Source of the DNA: Raillietiella orientalis
Lineage: Eukaryota
Reading direction: 5' to 3'
NCBI GenBank assembly: GCA_036172245.1
Contig: JAYWIR010000002.1
Span: forward strand, 3,968,001-4,032,000
Length of the DNA stretch: 64,000 nt
Part shown: one piece after another, positions 39,701 to 51,262 of the stretch
How the letters are laid out: each line of letters starts with the position of its first letter
Numbering within the stretch: position 1 is the stretch's first letter
Notes under the pieces: generated by a model
The model's input: the letters and a program-made list of their open reading frames with translations, nothing else
The model's database searches: none
What the model was told of the DNA's origin: nothing
Translations under genes and position numbers: made by a program

Positions 39701-42700
39701 TTATACGCAAAAAGGGAGATTAATGCACCTTCGATGAAAGGTGCATTATAATGAAGAGCATGAAGCACTTTCTGTGGCTGAGAAGAATTTTTTTTTCCAT
39801 TTTACACGCTTGGGGTGAAGGAGGTTCTATAAATAGCAAATGCGTTGAAACTTTGAGAAAATTGATCCCCCCCCCCTCCAGGTGTTGGAAAATTGCATTC
39901 AGTGTTTTTATGGAAAACGCTGTTCGGGAGAAAAATTTCTACATCGCAGACTTTTTTTTATTTGTTCGGAGAAATGGATTTCAAATCGGGGATCCACCTT
40001 TTTGAAATTAATAATCGACATGCTGAGAAGAATCACCTGGCACTCTTGATTAGCGAGGAAATTCTCTCTTCAATATGGTACTCTCTGTACAAGTTGCATG
40101 ATGCCGTGTTTGGGATTCAAGGAACGTAATAGGTGGAGAATGTTATTTGCTTCGTGTCGTTATTCGGTGGTTTAGAATAAATTCATTCATCCTATAGATA
40201 ACTCTTAGGACCCTTCTCTTTCCTCCCAACCTCCCCCCTTGCAAACACAGGAACGATCGGAATCTCGAATCTCACCCATTTCTCTGATAAACGTGTGTAT
40301 TGTACTACCGCTAAATTAGAGGATTGCATTTCCCATGCAATCTTCTAAATTACCCCTGCGCAAGTACAATGCATCGGTCCCTGCAGTCGGTGAACTCGGA
40401 AGATTGATGATGTGATGGCATGAGAGAAGGACACAGAGTAAAACATAGGATGTTATCTTTTGTGAAGCGGTTTTTCCGCAAACTGGTGAACGTTTCATTC
40501 AGAATCTGGGGAAGAACCAACTCGGAGCACGTTAACGCACGCAGACCTCGTTTTGAAAACATGGGGTGGGAGGTCGCAGCTTGAGGGCCTCGTGTTTTGT
40601 GTACGGCATCCTGGGTTCGGGGAAGCTGAACTTTCGTGTTTCCCTTCAGGAAGAGAGGGCTTGAGATCGTGACAGGGCAGGAATGAGCACTCCTGCCCTG
40701 CGTGCTGTACTAGCAGTTCCGGCTAAGCTCTTGAAGTCTCGACCGCTGTAAGGTAGACCGAAGTGCCGTGGGCCGATACTTTGTACTTCTCGATCCTCCT
40801 CAGTGTACTTGGAAGTTATCGAGCAAGAGTTGCGAACACGGAAGATTGCAGATAGTGTTTATCTAGGTTTCTGCGAAGCCGGGCTGCCCTTCCGCGGAAG
40901 CCGCACGGCAGAATCAAAGCCGTGGATGTCAAACCGTCGCAGTTGGTCCACGGCATGGATGCGGGGTTTGCCATTGTTGTGGGAAGAGGCTGCGTGCGCT
41001 TGGCGCCGAAAGCATCAAAGCACACGTAGCTGCAGCAGGCTCATCTCGGAAGCATATGTGTCCGAAGCACACGGAAAAAAGTGTGCGTTATTTTTTTTTT
41101 TGATTTACCGCCTGCCCACTCAAAGCTCGAGTACGAACCTAACGTGCGTCTGCCTTTTTTTTCCTTCTTCTTCTTTCTCCCACCATCTTCTCTCCCTCTT
41201 TTTTTCGTCAGTAAACCAGTTCAGGAACGATGTTTTGTGTGTTTGTGTTTGTGTCTGTACCTTTTTTTGTACGCAAGAATGCGCATGGAAAGCCGGGCTC
41301 ATCCGAGAAGCGCAGACTCTGCTTTTCGTTAGGTTCCTTGAAAGCTTCCGTTCCGAGGGCTTCCCTTATCCATGGCCCGCATGGTGTTTCCCATCTAACC
41401 AGAAGTCCTTCGCGACGTAACATCGCTCCTTCCGCATGGACTCCTCTTCCGTCTCCCGTTTCCATATTCATCACTTTTCTGTGTGCGCGACTGTAAATTC
41501 TCCTGCTCGCTTCTTTCCAGAAACCGAGTAGACGCCAGCTGTTCTTGTGCGTGAGCAGGTGTGCGAGAAGTCACGCACTTTTTTTTTTTTTTCTTTTTTT
41601 CTGAATTCCTTAAAGTAGAGTGGAACGAAGAGTTCCTTCATGAGGCAAAGGTTAGACCAGAAAAGTGACCCACGCATTTTAGGGGGGGAGGGGGGGACTT
41701 CCCTTTCCGTTGGAAAGAGCGAAACGTTCTTTCGATGGGGTTTTCTTTTTTTTTTTTTTTTCCAACCACAGTCCGTAGTATTCGACCTTTGGTCTGGGAC
41801 GCGGAAAAAGCGTCAGGAAGGCGAATGCGGTCGTGCAATGGAAGCGCTGGACAAGGCTTGCGGGAAAGGACAACAACAAACCCTTCGGCGGAGAACTTCA
41901 GGCAGCTGCTGCGAGGAAACGGGGCGGAAAAAGTGACTGCCGCCTGCACCCTGCTGGCTAGCAGTGCTCTTCGAAATCACGAGATGGAAGAGTTAGGAGG
42001 AAGGGACGGCTGTTTGACAAGAGGCAGCTGGAGTCGGAAGCCGCATTTTCGGACGCTGCCAAAGATATTCGGCTCGCGCAAGAATTTACACATTCGTCGA
42101 TGGTCCAGAACGTAGGTCTAGGTGGGATTCGCCGCTTTTGGATTGTAGGAGCAAGTGAATGGGAACAAGAATGTCTGTCACCGGGGACCGATATAGCAGA
42201 GTGGGGACTTAATTGCACGTCGGCGTTGTCAGCGTACATTAGGACTGGAAACGGGTTTGCAGGCGGAGGCTGTCTTAAGAAAGGATCGCTGCTCCATCCT
42301 ACGTCCATTCAGACTGATCTCTTCAGATGAATGTGTGCGTTTGCTGTGTGGTGCTTCGAGGCTGGAGCCGAGCTAACCTCCCGGTAGCTTCTGGTTTTTT
42401 TGTAAACGGGAATCCCGTTTCCTCGGTGTGAAGGGGAAGTAGGAGTGGGTGCGAGCAAGCAGCCAGCGAGAGACGTCGAGTGAGAAGATCGAGATGATCT
42501 CCAGACCGAGATCCGACTCCAGACCCGAGATTGCTGCTCTGGAGAGGTCGTGGTGCCTTGGAAGGTCGCCTGTAGTTTGCTTCGGCTTGTTGTGCGTGTC
42601 CTTGTCAGCCATGCAAACCGAAAAGCCTTCTCCTTTCTTGCCGACTATCGTCAGAACGATCGACGTTAACTGCCGAATCTGCCTCATCTCACCTGCTTAT

Positions 42701-45700
42701 ATCTCTGGAGTCTCACTATGGAGGGAGCATAACGCCCTCCTTCCGCAGTGGAAGGAGGGCGTTATGCTCCTCCACAGTGATACTCCTCAGTTGCGTGGCA
42801 ACGCAGATGTCGTGGTACCATTTCTCTTGTTCAGCATAGGGAAGTTCAAGAGATGCGCTCCCCTCTATTGTGCCCATTCCCTCACTGCTTTTTCCGTGCG
42901 AAGAAGTCATCAGGGAATCTTTGAGCGGTTAGTGGTTGGCACTCGTGAAAAATGAACAAAGCGCGGAGAATTTCGCGGTTTTGAGATGTAACTTCTGCCT
43001 CTGCCTCCCCCTCTCCCCACTTAAAAAAAGAGGAAAGAGTGCTCAACTTATTAGGCGTAGTAGGGTGTAAGGAGAGGCACTGTTGTCTTCCGGAATGGAG
43101 CCGGCCTGCAGATGTGCACGGGGAAGTCTCTCTTTCCAGCACGCGGTTCTACGCACATCTTTTCTGCCGCACGCTGTAGAGGCCGCTCACACCTTAGGGT
43201 AATGCTTGGATCCTTTCGTTTTCCTTCCTGAGTGTGTATCGGAGGATTTCTCGCTTGGGCTTTCGATGGCAGCGAACGACAGGAAACACTTTTTCCTTCT
43301 CGCGCCATCGTCAGTGCCCCAATTCGGGAACGACAGGGAAGGGGGTAAAACTTTCGTGTCGTCATTGATGCAGCAGCAGGAGGGGCTGGTGGTGGTGGGG
43401 ATGGATTTGCTCCTCTTTTGTGTCTCTGCTCGCCTTTCTATCCTGGCTTCTGTGCGTGTTCGGTAGGTGTAGAGGTGTCGTAAATGTTTGGAAGAGCAGA
43501 GTGAAGAGGGAAATCCGACCTGTCGTCTGAGGGGAGCCGGCGAGATCGCGTGACGTCTGATGCGGTCCGATGGGATCACGTGTTGGAGGCGGCCCGGAAG
43601 TTGTGTGTCTGCAAGAGACGAGAGGAATGCAGACGCGCACACGTGCGCATGCTGGCTCTGTTTCCTTTTTACCTGGGTGCCACGTGGTTTCTCCAGCCTT
43701 TTTGCGCGCGCGTGTCGCTGCAGATGACCAGGGTCTACCTCTGTTATGGCTGTCTGCTGGAGCACGCACCGGCGTGCGCATCCCTCTCCCCCCCCGTCCG
43801 CCTCTCAGAATCTGTGCACCTTTCAACATCCACACACGCCCTACGTCATTTCCTTGCGCTCCTGCGGTGTGACTTCTCGCCATCAGACCTCGGAGAGATT
43901 CCTCGAGGTCCGCTCGAACTCGGGAATGATTTCGTTACCCTTTTTTTTGCCACCAGGCCCGTCCCTTGCCCTTGGACTTTCCGGATTCCTCGGAGGATGA
44001 TGGTCCTCATGAAGCAATGGCGAGTGATTGTTGCCTTCCGGTTGACATTGTTGTTTGCGCGGTCCCTTTTCCTGCGATTACCTCACTGCGTTCGGAAGGG
44101 GAGGGGGGGCACAACTTTATCTCGGTCCGCTTATCTTTCTTCCTAGACCGAAGCTTATCTGGGGGATGCGGCCCACTGATTGATGTCTTTTCCCTTCGCA
44201 TGTGTGTAGAGTGTCCTTCTTTCTTGCCCCCTATGTGTTCCCTCCGTCCGATCAAACACCGACTGGCTCCCCCCCCCCCTCCCTCCTTACTTTTGCTCTT
44301 TTTGCATTCACACCGTAACGTTGCGTGCTTGGAAGACACGTGACTGTCTCTGCGCGCGCGCGCTCTTGGCTGCTCCGTTGCACGGCGGCGGCGTTGCTGC
44401 GTCCGCGGCAGGCGTCGCCCCCCCCCCTCCCCCTTCAGTGAGCAAAGATACCTCACTTCCTCGTCTGCCCCGAAGTGGAGTTCGACGAGACGGGGGGGAG
44501 AAGGGTCGGCTCTCTCCCATGGTTCCAACGACGTCCGCAGATGGCAACTCATGCCTCTCAGCACGCCGCGCGGCGGCACGGCCACGGACCTCTGCGCCGT
44601 CCGACGTTCCCCGTGCCAGCCGGGCACGCGACGGGAACCACGTGCGCTGCTTTTTCTTTCCGTGCCGCCGCTTTCTCCCGCACGCATCAGCAGCCTCCCT
44701 GGTCGTACGTGATAGCGAAGTTCTTCCGGAGGTTTGGGGCGGAAGCAGGGACAGTTCCGTGTAGCCTTTCCTCCCTCCCCCCCCCCCTTCCTTTTTTTTC
44801 CCTTCTCCTTTTCTTAATGCCCAAGGAGATGATTCTCGCGAGGCCACCAACGCACGTTGCTTTGCTCCTTGCTGTTTTGCGCTATCTCTTTTGGAGGAGT
44901 GCTGCACGGTCGGACGCCATGGAAATACAGCTTCTCACGAGGGCTTGCACCACGAGGATCCATGTGCGCTTCTCGCCGGATGGATCTCTGGGAAGATTTC
45001 CCGCACCCTTTCCTTCCCTTCTGCGGACTATCCATCAGTTATGTCAATCCGCGCTTTTCGGAGCATCCCCGAAAAGCGGTCTGAAGTTTCAATTCATCCA
45101 CGATGCTCCTGAGTTACCTGGGGAGGGGGATTCCGGATAGCCGGGAACGCGTGGCGCGCACTCTCCCGGTGGATTTTCACTGGTGCAAAGGCGCTGAAAA
45201 GCGGGAACTCCGCTTTTCAGGAGGGGATCATCGCCAGCGCAGCGGCGATGATCCCCTCCTTCCCTCGTTATGCGCGGCGGCTCTTGAGCGCGTCTCCAGA
45301 CGCCCTACAGCTTCCCGCAACGCAGGAGGCGGCTTCCCATCCCCGACCGAGAGGAGAGACACGGGGAAGCTTCGGGGAGCGGGAAGCCAAGGAAGAGTGT
45401 TCCTCGTCTGGCCCGGAGATATCGGCTGGGAGGTTCGTTCACCCGCCCGCCCGTTTGCGCCGGGAGGATCCACAGAAGGAATGCTGTTGCAGGAGAGAGC
45501 AAGCATCCTTCGCTCTCGTGGGTAGAGAGGTAGACAGATTGGATTTCACCTTCCGCTCTGCGGTGGGGGGGGGGGGGGGGGAGCACGTAACGAGATGCTT
45601 TCACGTCTTTTCTTCTTCCGCGGAAGAACCTTCCTTCCTCCCTCTGCAAGCAGTGGTTCCACTTACCATGGCGCCAGCGATTCGGTCGCATTCGCGCGCC

Positions 45701-48700
45701 AGGACGTGAAACTTCCACGGGCACGTGCCAATCGGGAGGAGATCGTACTTGAGGCTGGGGCTCTTTGCGGGCTCCGTTCCCCGACTTTTGCTGCGAGCGA
45801 CATCCGGCTTCTCTTTTTTATGGCGTTCGGGGAGCGCCAGCGGCGTGGTAGTAGGAAAGAAGGGTTTGGCGCCTCGGCGTCGTATAGCGTCGGCGTCGGC
45901 GGAGGCAGGGCGAAGTGCGAACGATATGCGTTCGCGTGTCGCTTGTGACGAAACCGTGCTACGCTTTCCGTGCCTCTTTCCGTGTCGCAGACGTCAAGCG
46001 CACATAAGGGTTTCACGGTTCTTCTGGTGCCGTTGGCGTGCGCCCTTCGCCTTTCCGGTTTCGCGATCGTTTCTTTTTGCAAAGGAACGCGGGGAGACGC
46101 TTGCGGAGAACGCGACCGGATTTGTGCTTGTAGTGACCACGTGTTGGTAAGGTGTGCCGGAAGGAGCAGTTGTGCGGATCGGTCCAATCCGGGCATGTCT
46201 CTCTCCGTCTCTCTTCCTGTTCGCAGTTCCGTTGCTTTGCGAGGAGTTGGGAGCGACCAGCAGCAGCAGCCCTCTCCCCATGCCGCAACAGCCCACGAGT
46301 GCGAAGGACATGCAAGAAAAAAAAGTGCTGGAACTCATGTGTGTCCTTCGCAGGGTTCCGTCTGGTACTCTTCTGTTTAGGATTCGCATTTGTTAAGGCT
46401 CCCTCCTGATTTCTTATCGTGCCCCGTTTTCATAATTCAAATCACCCGCATCAGCTATGTGGTCTGCATGCAGAGATGCTTCATCTGTAGATGAAGCACA
46501 GAATGATAGAAATTCATACTGGAGTCGGTTACCTCCCCCCTTCAACCCCCCCCCCCTCCTCCCCTTTCTCCTCTACACACACAGACTTTCGAAACGAGTT
46601 CTGGAAAATCCGTTGCACATTAAATAGGATCGACTTCGAAGCATTTCTTGTAACCTAGCTACCCGAAAGTATTAATTCCGTGAAGCGTTTGAACGTTGTC
46701 TGTAGCCCATGCCAGCCGTAATAATTATTGGGCTCATTTTTGCACCAAACGTAACTGCTAACCCTCCAAATTCCTTTGTTTCTTCCTCTACGAAGTGTAT
46801 CTGCCAGCACATGGTCTCGTTTTGTTTCCTTCGATCTTCGAACATTCCAGTGGATTGAGTGCCGCTTCGGTGAATAGCAGAAAAAATTTGAAGTTTTTAT
46901 TTCTATATTGGCTGATTTTTCCGAGTTTCACGAAACTTAATGTGTGCGACATTTGGTACGAGACGGAAGACCACAGCTACTTCACTGCCCTCGCCCCGGA
47001 GTGGTCCGGTTCTCTTTGGGGCATCGCGTACTCGCCTTTTTGCCAGCGGCAGAATGTTGTCTCCGGATTTACCGGAACATCCGATGGCTTTCTTAACGAT
47101 GGGACATTCGAGTGGGCATCCCGTGTTCTTGTGCCCCGAACGTCTCGAAATCCGGCTTTGCCATTTCCAATCCGGTAGATCCTCCAGAGTTTTTGTTTAA
47201 GAATGTTCATTTTTCTAGATCGCTAACCCCCCGTGGTGCAGTGATCCCATTCGTACACAATACAGCGGAGTGGAATTTTAAATACATTCTTTACGGTTTA
47301 TTTGCCGAACATAGCTCTCATTTATTTGCTGTTTTTAATTTTCACTTGCTTTCGCCCATTACTGTACTTAACGAACGATCTAAATCACAGTTCATCTTGA
47401 AGGTTTTATAAGTTTCTTCATGTACCTTACGTGGGCAGTAGTAACTCGAGCTCATTAGGCTAAAGGAAAATTAACATACTGGGTAATTATCATTTCCAGG
47501 TGACATTCACTGCCTGCCCCTACTGTTGGTCAGTTTCGGTCGTGAAGTTCTTCTCGGCCAATTCAGCAGCACAAAACACTTTACAGCTTACAACACAGCA
47601 GCTTTTTAAAACCATTAGGGAACTAGTTTGCGTTTTATGTTCCGATACTTTCTGGATAGTAAGAGTTGAATCCAAGAAAACGTTTTTTTTTCTTCCTTTT
47701 CTTTCCATTTTTTTTTTTTTTTTGTTTGTTTGTCATTATGTAGTTTGAAAAATGTTTGTATCATTTGCTTCACTGCATCTTAATGAGCCTAACATTTATT
47801 CGAAGGTGGGATGTGAATGTGCAACGCAAGGAGCGTATAAGCATAAATCGAGTCAAACTATGCATTTATGATGGGTTATACGAAATAAAGTAGTTCCAAA
47901 ATCATAACCGCGGTGAAACAGAGATTAAATTACGATCTTATGTAAAATTACAAGGAATAAACCTGATTTCTATTTGTATGAGATTGAGAAAACGATAAGC
48001 GTGCTTGGAGGCAATGTGTGGCATGACTCTTTTGAACACAATAAAAGAATGGGACTAAATTTTCAACTTAAAGGAGAGTATACAATTAGCTTTCTAAGAC
48101 CGCAGTGAATCTTTCAGTTCTGTTAATTCATAATTTTCTAGCCAGAAATGCCAGCCTTGCAGATTTCATGCAGCCAGGATTGGTGCAGCTCCAACCTTCC
48201 CTGGATGATGTCATGGACATGGACCATTTGCATGGTCAGTGAATTGTACTTGATATTTTAATTAATAATGTGGAATTCCGTACTTTTCTTTAGAATTACT
48301 GGGATCTAAATTACCAACTGTAGTCGAAGAGGATAGTATTTGTCCTGATTTTGTAGACAGCAAGTTGGATGTGCCTTCACAAATGGATCCCAGTGTTGAC
48401 CCAAAGCTGATGCTGGGAACATATGAACTGTTTGGGGAGCTGCACAAAGCTCGGTGCATGCGAAAGCCACATTCGGAACCCAATATACGACTCAGGTCAC
48501 CTGTCTGGGATGATGATGACCAATTTGTCCCAGGATCAGAGGATCATGGTGGAACTACATTTCAGTCAGAGAAAGCTCTCTCACAACTGGGAGGGCATGG
48601 CCAGCAGCACAAGCAGGAATGCGTGCTGCAACAGCGCCGGCATTCCTCTGTTCCCACAGCTGTGTTCTCTCTTTTGCCTGAAAGTGTCTCCGAGGAATTG

Positions 48701-50039
48701 CTCAGGCGGGGGACCAGCTTTGAGGATTTGCCACTGAGCCACATGGAGTCAGGCACAGTGTGTAGCTGACTTTCTGCTCGGAAAGTGTAGTGGATGGACC
48801 TCTTCCTCCAGGACAAAGCCCGCATGCGCTCCTGGAGCACATCATCCACTTATCCCAGCACTCGGGACTCAGGGAAGACACTCAACTCCAAGTTGGGGTC
48901 GTCCACCACTAGTCTTCCATCTCACAATCTGTTAGGTCCAGGCAAGTTTTTTCTAGAGAAATCGCAGTAAACGTGTAGCACAGGAAGCAATTGGCAGCAA
49001 CATGTGATATTTAACATGGGTTCTCCAGAGAAGGAAGAACATCTTTTGGATGAAAGTCAGGTGGAGGCAGAAATTCCTACAAGATTCCAAATTAACAGTT
49101 TTTCTTTCTTTCTTTCTTTCTTTTTTTTTTTTTTGTTTGCTTTTTTGAAGGAGAATGTTTGGGCAAATAATATGTATCCTGGATGTAGCTCTCAGGGCAC
49201 CATCAAAAGAGTAACTGAGCAGTGCTGGCAAGACAAGAGTCAATCCAAGAGCAAACCTACTGGTATCAGAGCGCAACCAGTACAAGAGCACCGCCGTGTA
49301 AGCCATATCAATGCAGAGCAAAAGCGCCGTTGTCATATCCGATACGGATTTGATGTCTTGCACGAGCTTGTCCCTGCCTTCAGGGACAACCCTAATACCA
49401 AGGTGCTGGAGAAGGAAATACTAGTGATCTTAATTCTTTTGTATTCAGGTGTCCAAGGCTGCTATGCTTCAAAAGAGTGCAGAGTTTATTCAGCAGCTGC
49501 AGGCTGAGCGCCAAGTTTACCAAGAAGAAGCCAAACAGTTGCGCCAGCAAATTGATAGTTTACATCAAGATATCTGGTTTGTTGAGTATAGCAACTCATG
49601 TGTTGCAATATAGCAACTCATGTGTTGCAGTTCCTGCCAAGCAAGGCTTCCTGCTAGTGGAGTACCTGTGTCTAGAAGTTGCTCAAGCAGTCATCTGCGT
49701 GATATGTATACTTGTTATATCCAGCAACGGACATCTAGGGATTGGAAGTTCTGGATTGTATCCTTTGCAAGTGTTCATGATATTTCCTGAACCCAAGTAC
49801 AGTTCAGTCAGTTGATGCAATGCTTACTGGAAACATTCGATCAGTGTGTATCCACAGCATCTCGGGAAGAGCTTCGCCATTCAACATTAGCTTGGGCTGA
49901 GCAACATTGCTCCCTACTGAGATTGCGGCCTGCAGTACTGCAGGCTCTGAGAAGCATCAGTAAAACTACAACTATTCTGAGCAATCCTTCCTTGCTCCCA
50001 GAGGAAGTGCATGCCGCCCTTAATCAGCAGCCCTCCTGA
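36795..50039 (+). CDS. MLXIP: Mondo family bHLH-ZIP transcription factor (MondoA/ChREBP, mml-1-like)
   Basis: Mondo conserved regions: IIHSGHFMVS, IDGSLSKLFRCMSVVY-SQKLTSPKWNSFKG..LRWKEKIRLNNIIWRAWHMQ, VLEGKYWKRR....AEYKKWR, FPNPREI-ARNASLADFMQPGLVQLQP; bHLH RRVSHINAEQKRRCHIRYGFDVL...KVSKAAMLQK; C-terminal WKFWI-FSQLM..LLETF...W.EQHCSL..LRP. Start could be 36771. Largest intron 37924-48141. Confidence 0.95.
38600..39070 (-). mobile_element. Degenerate RTE-like non-LTR retrotransposon 3' fragment inside the Mondo intron
   Basis: RRSLRVSK (~RRxLxIS), RKLLRHVRNRQD (~RKLxWxGHVxR) and RVSKWFPDAKIKRILGK (~VxxWxPxxxKRxxGRP) in order across frameshifts. Confidence 0.55.
42707..42786. other. 80-nt near-perfect hairpin (pre-miRNA-sized) in the Mondo intron
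   Basis: ggagtctcactatggagggagcataacgccctccttcc-gcagt-ggaaggagggcgttatgctcctccacagtgatactcc; inner 21 bp perfectly paired. Confidence 0.85.
49758..49802 (+). other. U12-type (minor spliceosome) GT-AG intron, 45 nt
   Basis: Donor GTATCCTTT, branch-like TTTCCTGAAC (49783-49792) ending 10 nt before the intron end, no polypyrimidine tract; removal joins WKFWI to FSQLM in frame. Confidence 0.85.
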
Positions 50040-50053
50040 ATGCTATACTATCA

Positions 50054-51262
50054 TTATTGGAATAGTTTTTGAAGCTTGTTGCGTTGTTGGGCATCATGCT
50101 GCTTTTGCTGTATCAGCAGGGTGTCAAGTTCCACCTTCACAGCTGCCTTCAAACTTGGTTGCAAAGCTGCTGCTGCTTCTAAATCTTCCTGGGCTGCCTT
50201 GGGGTTCCATGCACCAACATGTGCTTTTCCACGGCGGAACAATGCCTTAACATTTTCTACAGCACATGCAGGGCAGCTTGGCAACTAGCACAACTTACTG
50301 GGCTCATGCTGCAGTACTTCTGAGCAGCAATGGATTGTAGCATAGAAATCCCCCCTAAATAGGCAACATTGTGCATAGTTGAGCAGAAGGGGCAGCCGCT
50401 GATTATTCAAATCCTGCCACTCTTGACTGCCAGGCTTTTCTTCCAGCATCAGTTGATCCAAATGGCCAATTGCTTCTGAGTATTTTTGGGCTGCTTCCTG
50501 GTACTGATGTTGGGCAAACAGGGCATTGCCTTGCTGATGGAGTACAGGCACAGATTCGAGTTTTTCCTGAGAATTCATGCACCAGGACTCTTTCTCAAAC
50601 TCTCCAGGAAGCTCTACTTTGAGAATCTCTGCAGAAAATAATTGCTATTAAAACCACATAAGCTTACCAAATGTGAATACAAGATCTTCTGGCTTCTGTA
50701 ACAAAGCATCTAAGTCCTGATAGCCTGTAGGCTGGAAATGTCTATTGCTGCAGCAAGATTTTAATGGTTCATTTTGTCCCCCAGTTACTTTCTGCCCAAA
50801 GTAGTTATTCCTCAGCATGCTTACCGTGGATGGATACAACAGGACAAGCTGTAAAACATCAAGTAAATCAACTCCATAATCACTCCATACTTTTTTGTCC
50901 ACATCAAATCTTGCTATTTCACCTTCTGCCATGCTTTGCAAGCATCTTTCCCATACTTCTAATTGGAATTCCTTGCCTGTTATCAGCTCCATTGGCTTTC
51001 CTGCTTTTCTGCTGTCATCCAAGATTTCCTGCTGTTTTGCAGTTTTGAAATGGAATGTCAGCTAAAGTTAACAGTGTATAATTTCTACATCATAGAGACT
51101 AACTGTGCATTTATACTTGCCCTCAGACCCACTACTCAGTATGACATACTTATAGGTCATAATCACCTTTGTTCCAGGTGGATACCCATTGGGGAAATGG
51201 CGATGGCCAGGTGACAATACAGTTTTTCTTACTTGATTTTCATCCATGGTTAATGTTTTCAT
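50054..51262 (-). CDS. AIP: AH receptor-interacting protein (FKBP-like domain + TPR), 5 exons
   Basis: VRKTVLSPG...PGTK-LTFHFKT...LDDSRK.GKPMELITGKEFQLEVWERCLQSM..GEIARF, GYQDLDALLQKPEDLVFTF-EILKVELPGEFEKESW, LPLLLNYAQC, NVKALFRRGKAHVGAWNP; canonical short introns. Confidence 0.95.

Noticed and set aside
25227-46499. Small palindromes (near 25227, 34754, 46478)
   Set aside because: Stems of ~10 bp with no shared sequence or context; compatible with chance or local duplication.
40800-47400. ORFs in the Mondo intron as a nested gene
   Set aside because: No recognisable domain or consistent exon chain, and the sequence is broken by poly-T and poly-C runs.
37924-48141. Autoregulatory ChoRE inside the Mondo intron
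   Set aside because: Single E-boxes are present but I found no pair with 5-nt spacing.
49588-49630. Tandem 21-22 nt duplication tatagcaactcatgtgttgca in a Mondo intron
   Set aside because: Simple local duplication; only the second copy supplies the AG, so there is no coding effect.
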